Of a stretch of DNA of 64,000 bases, positions 34,815 to 42,787 are shown piece after piece; the first letter of the stretch is position 1, and each line of letters begins with the position of its first letter. The position numbers and the translations under genes are program-made. Source of the DNA: an uncultured Actinomycetes bacterium (GTDB lineage Bacteria > Actinomycetota > Actinomycetes > Streptosporangiales > Streptosporangiaceae); contig CAWDXO010000009.1 of assembly GCA_963806335.1 (NCBI GenBank), positions 165,269 to 229,268 on the forward strand, given 5' to 3'. The notes under the pieces are model-generated. The model had not been told where the DNA came from, did no database searches, and saw only the letters and a list, made by a program, of their open reading frames with translations.

Positions 34815-36173
34815 ATGCCTAGTCGTACCGTACGGCTTACCGGCTGGGGCCGGGTGTCGCCATCTTCGGCCGAGCTGGCCGAGCCCGCCACCATCGACGG
34901 CGCCGCCCAGCTGCTGCGGGCCGGAGCCGACGTTCGCGGCGTGATTCCCCGCGGGCTGGGCCGCAGCTACAACAACGCCGCCCAGAGCGCGGACGGCGTG
35001 GTGATCTCGACTGCCAGGATGAACCGGATCATCGAGCTAGACGCGACCACCGGCCTGGTCACCTGCGAGGCAGGCGTCAGCCTGGAACAGCTCATGGTCG
35101 CGGGGCTGCGGGCCGGGTGGTTCGTGCCCGTTTCTCCCGGGACCAGGCAGGTGACCATCGGCGGCGCGATCGCCGCGGACGTGCACGGCAAGAACCACCA
35201 CGTGGCCGGCAGCTTCGCCCGTCACGTGCCGTCATTCGAGATCCTGCTGCCCGGCGGCGATCTGCGCCCGGTCACCGGTTCATCCGATCCCGCGCTGTTC
35301 TGGGCGACGGCAGGCGGCATGGGCCTGACCGGGCTCGTCGTTCGGGCCACCGTGCAGCTGAAGCGGGTGGCCACCTCGCGGATCCGGGTGGACACGGTGC
35401 GTACCGCCGACATAGACGAGACGATGGCGGTGCTGGCCGAGCACGACCGCCATTACGGCTATACGGTGGCCTGGTCGGACAGCATGGCCCGGGGCGCCAG
35501 CCTGGGACGGTCGGTGATTACCAGCGGCGACTTCGCCGATCTCGCCGATCTGCCGCCGGCCGACCGGGCGGACCCGTTCGCGTTCCGGCCGGGTGCCCGG
35601 GTCGGTGTTCCGGCCGGATTTCCCCCGGGCCTGATCAACCGCTACACGGTCCGCCTGGCCAACGAGGCGTGGTACCGCAAGGCACCGCGCTCGCGGACCG
35701 GGGAGCTGCAGACCATCGGAGCGTTCTTCCATCCGCTGGACGGGATCAGGAACTGGAACCGGGTCTACGGCCCTGGCGGCTTCCGGCAATACCAGTACGT
35801 CGTGCCGTTCGGCCAGGAGACGGCGGTGCGCCGGTCGTTCGAGCTGGTCAGCGACGCGCACGCGCCGTCGTTCGTGACCGTCCTCAAGCGGTTCGGCGAA
35901 GGCGACCCCGGCCTGCTCTCCTTCCCCATGGCCGGCTGGACGCTCGCGCTTGACTTCCCCGCGCGGACGCCGGGTCTGGCCCGGCTGCTCGGGCAGCTCG
36001 ACGAGCTCGTCCTCGAGGCTGGGGGCCGCGTCTACCTGGCCAAGGATTCACGCGTGCCGGCCGAGGTGCTGGCCGAGATGTACCCGCGGCTGCCCGAGTT
36101 CAGGAAACTGCGCGCCGAGCTCGACCCGGCGGAGATCCTCGCGTCGGACCTGTCCCGGCGACTGGGCCTGTAG
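34815..36173 (+). CDS. FAD-linked oxidoreductase, DprE1-like (decaprenylphosphoryl-ribose oxidase family)
   Basis: Motifs: RGLGRSYNNAAQ...PGTRQVTIGGAIAADVHGKNHH, which closely matches the DprE1 signature region. No DprE2-like gene is adjacent. Confidence 0.75.
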   Translation: MPSRTVRLTGWGRVSPSSAELAEPATIDGAAQLLRAGADVRGVIPRGLGRSYNNAAQSADGVVISTARMNRIIELDATTGLVTCEAGVSLEQLMVAGLRAGWFVPVSPGTRQVTIGGAIAADVHGKNHHVAGSFARHVPSFEILLPGGDLRPVTGSSDPALFWATAGGMGLTGLVVRATVQLKRVATSRIRVDTVRTADIDETMAVLAEHDRHYGYTVAWSDSMARGASLGRSVITSGDFADLADLPPADRADPFAFRPGARVGVPAGFPPGLINRYTVRLANEAWYRKAPRSRTGELQTIGAFFHPLDGIRNWNRVYGPGGFRQYQYVVPFGQETAVRRSFELVSDAHAPSFVTVLKRFGEGDPGLLSFPMAGWTLALDFPARTPGLARLLGQLDELVLEAGGRVYLAKDSRVPAEVLAEMYPRLPEFRKLRAELDPAEILASDLSRRLGL

Positions 36174-36295
36174 AGGTCCCGGTCGCGGAGGTGCAGCCGG
36201 GCCGGGCCAGGAAGTCGCCAGCAGCATGTACCCCGCAACTCCCAGCAGCCCCAAAGATCCAGGGACGCCATGGCGTGTTTCACGCTGGCTCCCGC

Positions 36296-36309
36296 AGGAC
36301 CCAAGTCCC
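36296..36309. promoter_or_regulatory. DevR/DosR-type operator, AGGACCCAAGTCCC (1 mismatch)
   Basis: About 145 nt upstream of the 33-aa ORF / P-II-like pair. Confidence 0.5.
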
Positions 36310-36451
36310 GGCAATGCCGGCTTTCGACCCTAGAGCGACGGCCGGAAAATAGCGACATTCAGAAGCAGGCAGGCGTGCTGCGGAAAGCTGACAGCACACT
36401 CAGATCCGGGCCGGGAAAGATCGCGTCCGGCGGAGGAGAAAGGCTCAGAGT

Positions 36452-36553
36452 ATGAAGCGGATCGCAGGAACAGCGGTAGTGGCAGTCGTTGCCCTGGCTC
36501 TGATCGCGGGCAAGGATGACATCCGTAAATTCTACCGCATGTACAGCATGTAG
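36452..36553 (+). CDS. 33-aa single-TM peptide (absent from the ORF track)
   Basis: Product: MKRIAGTAVVAVVALALIAGKDDIRKFYRMYSM. GGAGGAGAAAGG lies upstream of the ATG, and the ORF sits directly upstream of the P-II-like gene. Confidence 0.5.
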   Translation: MKRIAGTAVVAVVALALIAGKDDIRKFYRMYSM

Positions 36554-36618
36554 TGACGTCAGTTACCGGCTACTTCGCGTTGGGCGCACACGGGCAGCTG
36601 AAGCGGAAGGTGAATGGC

Positions 36619-36981
36619 ATGAAACTTATTACCGCAGTTATTAAGCCGGAAAAGCTTGACGAGCTGATCGGGATCATTACCGACCACGGGGCCCGCGGCC
36701 TGACCGTAACCAATGTCCGGGGCTTTGGTCAGCAGTACGGTCAGCTCGCCGCCAGCAGGGCGTACGGTGAGGCGGCCAGCGTGACCGGCGACATCAAGGC
36801 GGTCCTGCTGCCCAAGGTCCGCCTGGATGTCGTCGTCCTCGACGACGATGCGGACGCCATGGCGGAGGCCATGGCGAAGCAGGCCCGCACCGGGGCGATC
36901 GGCGACGGAAAGATCTGGATGGCCACGGTGGACAGCGCCATCCGGGTCCGGACCGGCGAACGAGGCCGTGACGCGGTGTGA
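36619..36981 (+). CDS. P-II (GlnB/GlnK)-like signal protein with an extended, Tyr51-less T-loop
   Basis: ATG 36619. Motifs: MKLITAVIKPEKLDEL...TGAIGDGKIWMATVDSAIRVRTGERG. The T-loop region is GFGQQYGQLAASRAYGEAASVTGDIKAVLLPKV. No amtB or glnD gene is nearby. Confidence 0.75.
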   Translation: MKLITAVIKPEKLDELIGIITDHGARGLTVTNVRGFGQQYGQLAASRAYGEAASVTGDIKAVLLPKVRLDVVVLDDDADAMAEAMAKQARTGAIGDGKIWMATVDSAIRVRTGERGRDAV

Positions 36982-36987
36982 CCGCTG

Positions 36988-37025
36988 GATGACCCCGATC
37001 AGGATGGGGCCTGATCGGGGTCATC
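36988..37025. terminator. Bidirectional terminator-like hairpin (16-bp perfect stem, 6-nt loop)
   Basis: Stem arms are GATGACCCCGATCAGG and CCTGATCGGGGTCATC. It lies between the convergent P-II-like gene and a USP gene, and the right arm lies within the last USP codons. Confidence 0.65.
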
Positions 37026-37472
37026 GCGCATGATCAGCACCGGGCAGTGCGCATGATGGACGCAATGCTGGCTCACCGAGCCGAGCAGGGCCTCGGCCAA
37101 GCTTCCGTGGCCACGGCGCCCGACCACGAGTAGGTCCGCGCCGTCCGCTGCCTCCAGCAGAACCTGGGAGGGGTGTCCTTTCCGGACCTCGATCCTCACC
37201 CGCTGGCTGTCGGCCGGGTCGACGTCCTCGCTGACCACGGTTTCGATCGTCCGCCTCGCGTCTTTCTCGAATTCGCCTTCCTCTTCCATGTAGATGGGCG
37301 CCCAGCCCGAACTGGCCAGGACCAGCGGGATCTGCCAGGCGATGACGGCGTCTACGGTGCCGCCGGTGAGCCTGGCCTGACTGACGGCCCAGCGCAGGGC
37401 CGCGCGTGACGACGGGGAACCATCCACTCCCGCCACAATCCGGGGGGCGCTGTTCGTGACCGCTGCTGGCAC
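36999..37472 (-). CDS. Universal stress protein, single domain
   Basis: Motifs: RIVAGVDGSPSSRAALRWA...LLVVGRRGHG...SVSQHCVHHAHCPVLIM. Confidence 0.85.
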   Translation of the reverse strand: MPAAVTNSAPRIVAGVDGSPSSRAALRWAVSQARLTGGTVDAVIAWQIPLVLASSGWAPIYMEEEGEFEKDARRTIETVVSEDVDPADSQRVRIEVRKGHPSQVLLEAADGADLLVVGRRGHGSLAEALLGSVSQHCVHHAHCPVLIMRDDPDQAPS

Positions 37473-37532
37473 CGGTACCAGATCCTTCCGCTTACTCGTT
37501 CTCCGTACCTATGGCGCCAGCATTTCCGGACG

Positions 37533-37561
37533 GTGACCAAGGTCCCAGTGACAAAGGTCCC
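37533..37561. promoter_or_regulatory. Two adjacent DevR/DosR-type operators, GTGACCAAGGTCCC and GTGACAAAGGTCCC (1 mismatch each)
   Basis: Centres are 15 bp apart. They sit in the divergent region between two USP genes. Confidence 0.6.
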
Positions 37562-37669
37562 CTGGCGTTACCGCTTTCGTCCCTTACGACTCAGCGCGCG
37601 ACACACGATGATCAGGCCGAGGCCGCCGGGATTTTCTTAGCGAGCCTGAGGACGGAAGGAACAAGCCCC

Positions 37670-38089
37670 ATGTACGACAGGATTCTGGTAGCGGTGGACC
37701 ATTCAGAGATGTCCGACCGGGCGGTACTGGCGGCTCGCGATCTAGCCGTACTTTCTAAAGGTCAGGTGTGGGTTCTGCACCTGAGGGAACGCGAGGTCGG
37801 CCTCAAGACCGGAGTTACCTTCATGGACGAGACCAGGGAAGACGCGAATGCCCAAGTAGCCGCCGCGGTCGAGGTGCTCATTCAGGCCGGTGTTAAAGCG
37901 CAGGGCGAATGCAGGCATACCCTATTCGGCTACGCCGCGCGTGAGATCGTTAATGACGCGAAAGAACACGACGTCGACGTCATCGTGATGGGCTCGCGCG
38001 GTCGCGGCGACCTGGCCGGCATCGTTCTCGGCAGCACCGCGCACAAGGTCATCCACCTTACTGACCGGCCGGTCCTGGTCGTACGGTGA
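37670..38089 (+). CDS. Universal stress protein, single domain (paralogue of 12609..13028)
   Basis: ATG 37670 follows GGAAGGA. Motifs: [19 protein letters not shown]...[11 protein letters not shown]...[14 protein letters not shown]. Confidence 0.9.
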   Translation: MYDRILVAVDHSEMSDRAVLAARDLAVLSKGQVWVLHLREREVGLKTGVTFMDETREDANAQVAAAVEVLIQAGVKAQGECRHTLFGYAAREIVNDAKEHDVDVIVMGSRGRGDLAGIVLGSTAHKVIHLTDRPVLVVR

Positions 38090-38867
38090 CGGTTACCCGG
38101 CGCCCTTGGTTCCTGACGGCTTCGATGGATTCGCGGGCGGCGTCCGGATCGAGGTACTGACCACCCTTGGTCACGGGACGCATGTCGGGGCCGAGCTCGT
38201 AGGCCAGCGGTATGCCGGTGGGAATGTCCAAGCCGGCGATCTGGTCGTCGGGTAGGGAGTCGAGATGCTTGACCAGTGCCCGCAGCGTGTTGCCGTGTGA
38301 GACGACGAGCACGCATCCGCCGGTGCGCAGGTCGGGGACGATCGCGTCGTACCAGTAGGGCAGCAGTCGCGCGGACACCTCCTGGAGGGATTCGGCGCGC
38401 GGACGCACCTCGGGGGGCAGAGCCGCGTAGCGAGGATCGCCGAACTGCGAATACTCCTCGCCGGGGCCAAGAGGCGGCGGCGGCACGTTATAGGAGCGGC
38501 GCCACAGCAGGAACTGCTGCTCGCCGTGATCCCGGAGGACCTGGGTCTTGTTCCGGCCCTGCAGCGCTCCGTAGTGCCGCCCGTTGAGGCGCCAGGACCG
38601 GCGCACTGGAATCCAGTCGCGGTCCGCGGCCGCCAAGGCGAGGTCGGCCGTCCGGATCGTCCGCCGCTGCAGGGACGTGTGGGCGAACGCGGGGAACAGG
38701 CCCCGCGCCGCGAGCATCTTCCCGGCCCGCGCGGCTTCGGCCTCGCCGACGGCAGTGAGGCCGACATTCACCCAGCCGGTAAACCGGCCCTCGACGTTCC
38801 ACTCGCTTTGCCCGTGCCTAAGAACGACTAGGCAACAGGTACGGCGTGTCGCCCGCGCGTTATTCAT
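38058..38867 (-). CDS. gpmA: 2,3-bisphosphoglycerate-dependent phosphoglycerate mutase
   Basis: Motifs: [19 protein letters not shown]...[15 protein letters not shown]...[10 protein letters not shown]. The proposed ATG 38867 overlaps the pgk 3' end by 8 nt. Confidence 0.85.
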   Translation of the reverse strand: MNNARATRRTCCLVVLRHGQSEWNVEGRFTGWVNVGLTAVGEAEAARAGKMLAARGLFPAFAHTSLQRRTIRTADLALAAADRDWIPVRRSWRLNGRHYGALQGRNKTQVLRDHGEQQFLLWRRSYNVPPPPLGPGEEYSQFGDPRYAALPPEVRPRAESLQEVSARLLPYWYDAIVPDLRTGGCVLVVSHGNTLRALVKHLDSLPDDQIAGLDIPTGIPLAYELGPDMRPVTKGGQYLDPDAARESIEAVRNQGRRVTVTVRPGPAGQ

Positions 38868-40053
38868 CGCCCTGCAGCACGGCCAGGCCGGGCAGGGTCT
38901 TGCCCTGGATGAACTCCAGGCTCGCGCCGCCGCCGGTGGAGACATAGCCGAACGCGCGGTCGGGGAAGCCGAGCGCGCGGACCGCGGCGCCGGTGTCACC
39001 GCCGCCCACCACGGTGAACGCGTGGCTGCTGGTCACCGCCCGGGCGATCGTCCGGGTACCGCCAGCGTACGGGGCCAGCTCGAATACGCCCATCGGGCCG
39101 TTCCAGAAGACGGTCCGGGCCTCGCCGACGCTGGCGGCGAAAACCCGGGCCGACTCCGGCCCGATGTCCAGGCCCATCCGGTCCGCGGGGATCGCATCCA
39201 CGGCCACTACTTCGTGCGGCGATCCGGCGGAATTATCGGGTGCCACGATGACATCTACCGGCAGGACAAGCTCCGTGCCCGCTCGGGCCGCCTGAGTGAG
39301 ATACTCTGCGGCGGCGTCGACCTGGCTGGCCTCTAGCCGGGAGGTACCCACCTTGTGGCCCTGGGCGACGAGGAAGGGAAAGGCCATGGCTCCGCCGATC
39401 AGGATGCGGTCCGCGGTGGCGATCAGGCTGTCGATCGCGCCGAGCTTGTCCTCGACCTTCGCGCCGCCCAGCAGGACCACGTACGGCCGCCGGACATCTC
39501 CGGTCAGCCGGCTCAGCGCGGCGACTTCAGCCTGGACTAGGTAGCCGGCGGCGTGCGGCAAGCGCAGGGCGACGTCGTAGACGCTGGCGTGCTTGCGGTG
39601 CACGACACCGAACCCGTCGGCGACGTACAGCTCGGCCAAACCGGCCAGCTGGTCAGCGAACAGGCCGCGCTGAACGTCGTCCTTGCTGGTCTCGCCCGCG
39701 TTGAACCGCAGGTTCTCCAGCATGACCAGGCCGCCGGGGCGCAGGGCCGCGACCGCGGCGCGGGCGGCCGGCCCGGCGGTATCGGCGGCGAGTTCTACCC
39801 GCCGGCCGAGCAGCTGACCGAGCCGAGCCGCCACCGGAAGCAGCGAGTACCGGCGGTCGGGCTTGCCTTTCGGCCGGCCGAGGTGCGCGCAGACGACCAC
39901 CTTGGCGTGGCGCTCCATCAGCGTGGTCAGGGTCGGCAGGGCGGCCCGGATCCGGCCGTCGTCCGCGACATCGTAGCCGTCAAGCGGCACATTAAGGTCG
40001 GCACGCACCAGGACACGGCGGCCCGTGACCGTCAGGTCATCGATCGTCTTCAT
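38860..40053 (-). CDS. pgk: Phosphoglycerate kinase
   Basis: Motifs: [33 protein letters not shown]. Its ATG forms an ATGA overlap with the upstream USP stop. Confidence 0.95.
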   Translation of the reverse strand: MKTIDDLTVTGRRVLVRADLNVPLDGYDVADDGRIRAALPTLTTLMERHAKVVVCAHLGRPKGKPDRRYSLLPVAARLGQLLGRRVELAADTAGPAARAAVAALRPGGLVMLENLRFNAGETSKDDVQRGLFADQLAGLAELYVADGFGVVHRKHASVYDVALRLPHAAGYLVQAEVAALSRLTGDVRRPYVVLLGGAKVEDKLGAIDSLIATADRILIGGAMAFPFLVAQGHKVGTSRLEASQVDAAAEYLTQAARAGTELVLPVDVIVAPDNSAGSPHEVVAVDAIPADRMGLDIGPESARVFAASVGEARTVFWNGPMGVFELAPYAGGTRTIARAVTSSHAFTVVGGGDTGAAVRALGFPDRAFGYVSTGGGASLEFIQGKTLPGLAVLQGDE

Positions 40054-41003
40054 TGTGACAACATCTCCTTGACCGAAGCTGAGGGGTGAAAGGTCCAGCC
40101 CGAGGCGGTTGCCGGAGGCTGCGCTGAAGGGACGATGGCCACGGGACCGCGGGCGTGATCGAGCACCGCGTGCTGGATCGAGCCGATAGCCGGGCCCGCG
40201 CCGCGGGGACTGCCATGCCTGCCGAGCACGACGAGGTCGGCCCGGGCAGAATAGCTAGCCAGTAGCCGCCCCGGATGGCCGTGGACCACGTCCTGGCGGA
40301 CCCGGACACCCGGGTACTTGTCCCGCCACTCGCGCAGGGCCGCGGTCAGCTGGCTCGTGGCCTGCGCCGATATCTGCTGAGGGTCGGCCGGACGCAGTTC
40401 GGCGCCTCCGCCGGCAGCGGGACCGCGCAGCTGAGCGGGGAACCAGAACCAGGTGTGCACGGCGGTGAGGTCCGCACCGCGCAGCGCGGCTTCCTCGAAC
40501 GCGAACCCCAGCGTGTCGGTGGTGTCCTGGGGATCGCGGATGCCGACGGCGATCTCGCGGTGGACGGCCATGCTCTCCTGCCTGACCACCATGACCGGGC
40601 ATGGCGCGTAGGCGGCGACGTACCTGCTCACGGAGCCGAGGACCATCCCCGCGAACCCGCCGGCCCCACGGGCCCCCACGACGAGCATGGCCGCGGTTGA
40701 ACCGCTTTCCGCCACCGCCAGCGCGGGCGCTCCGGACAGCAGCCCGGTGGTCACGGACAGACCGGGGGCCACTTCGTCGGACCGCGCTACGGCCGCGTCG
40801 AGCGCCCGGGCGGATACTCCGCGCAACGCGATGGCGACCGTCGACTCAGTGGCGTGATAGGCACGCACCCGCGGCATGGCCGCGGGCGCGGACACGATAC
40901 GGAGCGGTGAGCCATGCCGTTTCGCCTCCAGGGCGGCCCACTCCACGGCCTGGAACGACTCCTCGGATCCGTCTACTCCCACTACGATCGGCTTGGTTGC
41001 CAT
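40050..41003 (-). CDS. Universal stress protein, tandem Usp domains (paralogue of 5999..6874)
   Basis: Motifs: MATKPIVVGVDGSEESFQAVEWAA...MLVVGARGAGG...LVVLGRHGSP. It is the first gene of the usp-pgk-gpmA unit. A weak box, GGGACTTACGCCCT, lies at 41105..41118. Confidence 0.9.
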   Translation of the reverse strand: MATKPIVVGVDGSEESFQAVEWAALEAKRHGSPLRIVSAPAAMPRVRAYHATESTVAIALRGVSARALDAAVARSDEVAPGLSVTTGLLSGAPALAVAESGSTAAMLVVGARGAGGFAGMVLGSVSRYVAAYAPCPVMVVRQESMAVHREIAVGIRDPQDTTDTLGFAFEEAALRGADLTAVHTWFWFPAQLRGPAAGGGAELRPADPQQISAQATSQLTAALREWRDKYPGVRVRQDVVHGHPGRLLASYSARADLVVLGRHGSPRGAGPAIGSIQHAVLDHARGPVAIVPSAQPPATASGWTFHPSASVKEMLSQ

Positions 41004-41132
41004 GACCCAGCCTCCTCACCCAACTCGACCGCGGACCTGTTCGTCCGAGCTCAGCGTGGCGGTCGCGGTACCGTTCCGGATGGAGGCGTCGGACACCAGA
41101 TCGCGGGACTTACGCCCTCCCGGCCCTTGTTG

Positions 41133-41606
41133 TCAGTACCGGGCCGCCGACGGGCTGGACCGGGTGATCAGCCTGACCCTGGTGGCCTGCAACCGGTGCG
41201 CGATGACCCGGGCCAGCCGCCCGGTGAGCTCGTACCCGAGCTCGGGATCAGCCTCGCAGGAGGCCCGTACCGCTCGCCCGTCGAACTCGAAGGCCTCCAC
41301 AGGGTTGACCGTCACGGCGCCGAAGGCATAGGTGAACGGCGGGAACAGCCATGACCAGCCGACCAGTTCGCCCATGCCGATAGTTTCGACCCGGACCCGG
41401 CCCTCCCCGGGAACGTGCATGTCCAGGGCCACGTAGCCGGACTGGACCAGCCAGAAACGGGCGGCGTGCCCACCGTCCTCGAAGAGCCGGTGCCCAGCCG
41501 GGAAGCGGACGTCCAAAGCGGCCGCTGCGAGCACGGCCAGCTGTTCGCGGGACATGCCGTGCAGGAAGGGATGAGCGGCCAAAGCCGTCGGCGTGACTTC
41601 GATCAT
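41133..41606 (-). CDS. Stand-alone cyclic-nucleotide-binding domain protein
   Basis: Motifs: HPFLHGMSREQLAVLA...FPAGHRLFEDGGHAARFWLVQSGYVAL...GELVGWSWLF. No DNA-binding or catalytic domain is attached. Confidence 0.7.
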   Translation of the reverse strand: MIEVTPTALAAHPFLHGMSREQLAVLAAAALDVRFPAGHRLFEDGGHAARFWLVQSGYVALDMHVPGEGRVRVETIGMGELVGWSWLFPPFTYAFGAVTVNPVEAFEFDGRAVRASCEADPELGYELTGRLARVIAHRLQATRVRLITRSSPSAARY

Positions 41607-41784
41607 GGGATATCACCGTCCTGCGTTGCTCATGGGCTTCTCAGCCTGGGTACCGGCGCCTGCCTGCGGCTAGGGCTGAAGGTCATCTTTGGCCATGACC
41701 AACAGCCCTGGTAGGCCGGGCTGGAGCAGCGGTCGCGCCGGAGGAAGCCGTGGCATGGCCGTGGGCCGGCATCCGCTGACATCG

Positions 41785-41798
41785 GTGACGGAGGTCCC
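41785..41798. promoter_or_regulatory. DevR/DosR-type operator, GTGACGGAGGTCCC (1 mismatch)
   Basis: About 115 nt upstream of the membrane protein gene (41913). It lies in the divergent region shared with the cNMP-binding gene. Confidence 0.5.
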
Positions 41799-41912
41799 GG
41801 ACTTATGGTGACGTCTGGCCGTGTCGGCGGCGGGGCGGCGGCGCAAGACTGCGAGTTAATAACTGAAGAAAAGTAGCGGGCAACGGCCCGCATGTTAAAG
41901 GAAGGCATTACG

Positions 41913-42509
41913 ATGCGCCGCAATTCTCGTCTCACCGCCATTGTCGGCTTCGCCGCCGCAGCGATCCTGCTGGTAGCAGGCGGACTGCTGCTGTGGGGGT
42001 CGACCTACGTGCACAACACCGTGCAGAGCCAGCTCGCCTCACAGCAGATCACCTTCCCGCCGCAGGCCGCGTTCGCCCACCCCACGGCCGGCGGCGAGAT
42101 CACCCCCAGCATGATCCCGCTGGTCTCCCAGTACGCCGGGCAGCAGCTGCTGACCGGGCAGCAGGCCGAGGCTTACGCCGACCACTTCATCGCCGTGCAC
42201 ATCGCCGAGATCGGCGGCGGCAAGACCTACTCCCAGCTGTCGGCCGCATCGCTGGCCCAGCCGAAGAACACCGTGCTGGCCGGCCAGGTCGCCACCGTGT
42301 TCAAGGGCGAGACGCTGCGCAGCATGCTGCTGAACGCCTACGGCTGGTGGAAGGTCTCCCAGATCACCTACATCATCTCCCTGACCTGCTTCGCCCTCGG
42401 CGGCCTCACCGCGATCGGCACCGGCCTCGCGCTGGTCCTCGGACGCAAGAACCAGACCCCGGCCGAGCCCCTCCGGCAGACCGGCAAGACCCCCGTCACG
42501 GTCGCATGA
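41913..42509 (+). CDS. Two-TM membrane protein, hypothetical
   Basis: ATG 41913 follows AAGGAAGG. It has an N-terminal TM span (AIVGFAAAAILLVAGGLLLW) and a C-terminal TM span (ISLTCFALGGLTAIGTGLALV). Confidence 0.6.
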   Translation: MRRNSRLTAIVGFAAAAILLVAGGLLLWGSTYVHNTVQSQLASQQITFPPQAAFAHPTAGGEITPSMIPLVSQYAGQQLLTGQQAEAYADHFIAVHIAEIGGGKTYSQLSAASLAQPKNTVLAGQVATVFKGETLRSMLLNAYGWWKVSQITYIISLTCFALGGLTAIGTGLALVLGRKNQTPAEPLRQTGKTPVTVA

Positions 42510-42625
42510 CCCCACCGGCAGCCGAACCCGGACAACAGCACATAACCACAGCACGACCGGAGGACCTCCGGCCAGCGCCCACCGCGCCGGCTGGAGGTCC
42601 TTTCCGTTACGAAAGCCGAGGGGGC

Positions 42626-42730
42626 CGAACGTGAGGGAGGGCGGATGAACTGGCTGCGCACCATTACCGCCTTCGACGGGCCGGAGCTGACGGCGGAGGC
42701 GACGGAACCAGGCGACGACGGCCCGCAAGC
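42626..42730 (+). pseudogene. Relic fragment of a GltD-like oxidoreductase gene (about 35 codons)
   Basis: By eye it is about 80% identical at the nucleotide level to 43711..43818 of the intact gene downstream. It encodes NWLRTITAFDGPELT in both places. Confidence 0.65.
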
Positions 42731-42745
42731 TATGAGCACAAAGCC

Positions 42746-42759
42746 GGGCCGAAAGTCCC
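42746..42759. promoter_or_regulatory. DevR/DosR-type operator, GGGCCGAAAGTCCC (1 mismatch)
   Basis: 30-40 nt upstream of the first possible starts (GTG 42788, ATG 42797) of the GltD-like gene. Confidence 0.5.
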
Positions 42760-42787
42760 TGATGCTGGGCAGCGACCTGGGCGTAGC

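Noticed and set aside
41673-41700. GGGCTGAAGGTCAT plus GGTCAT-N8-ATGACC upstream of the cNMP-binding gene, considered as operators.
   Set aside because: There are too many mismatches to the DevR-type core and no second occurrence of the GGTCAT dyad in the window.
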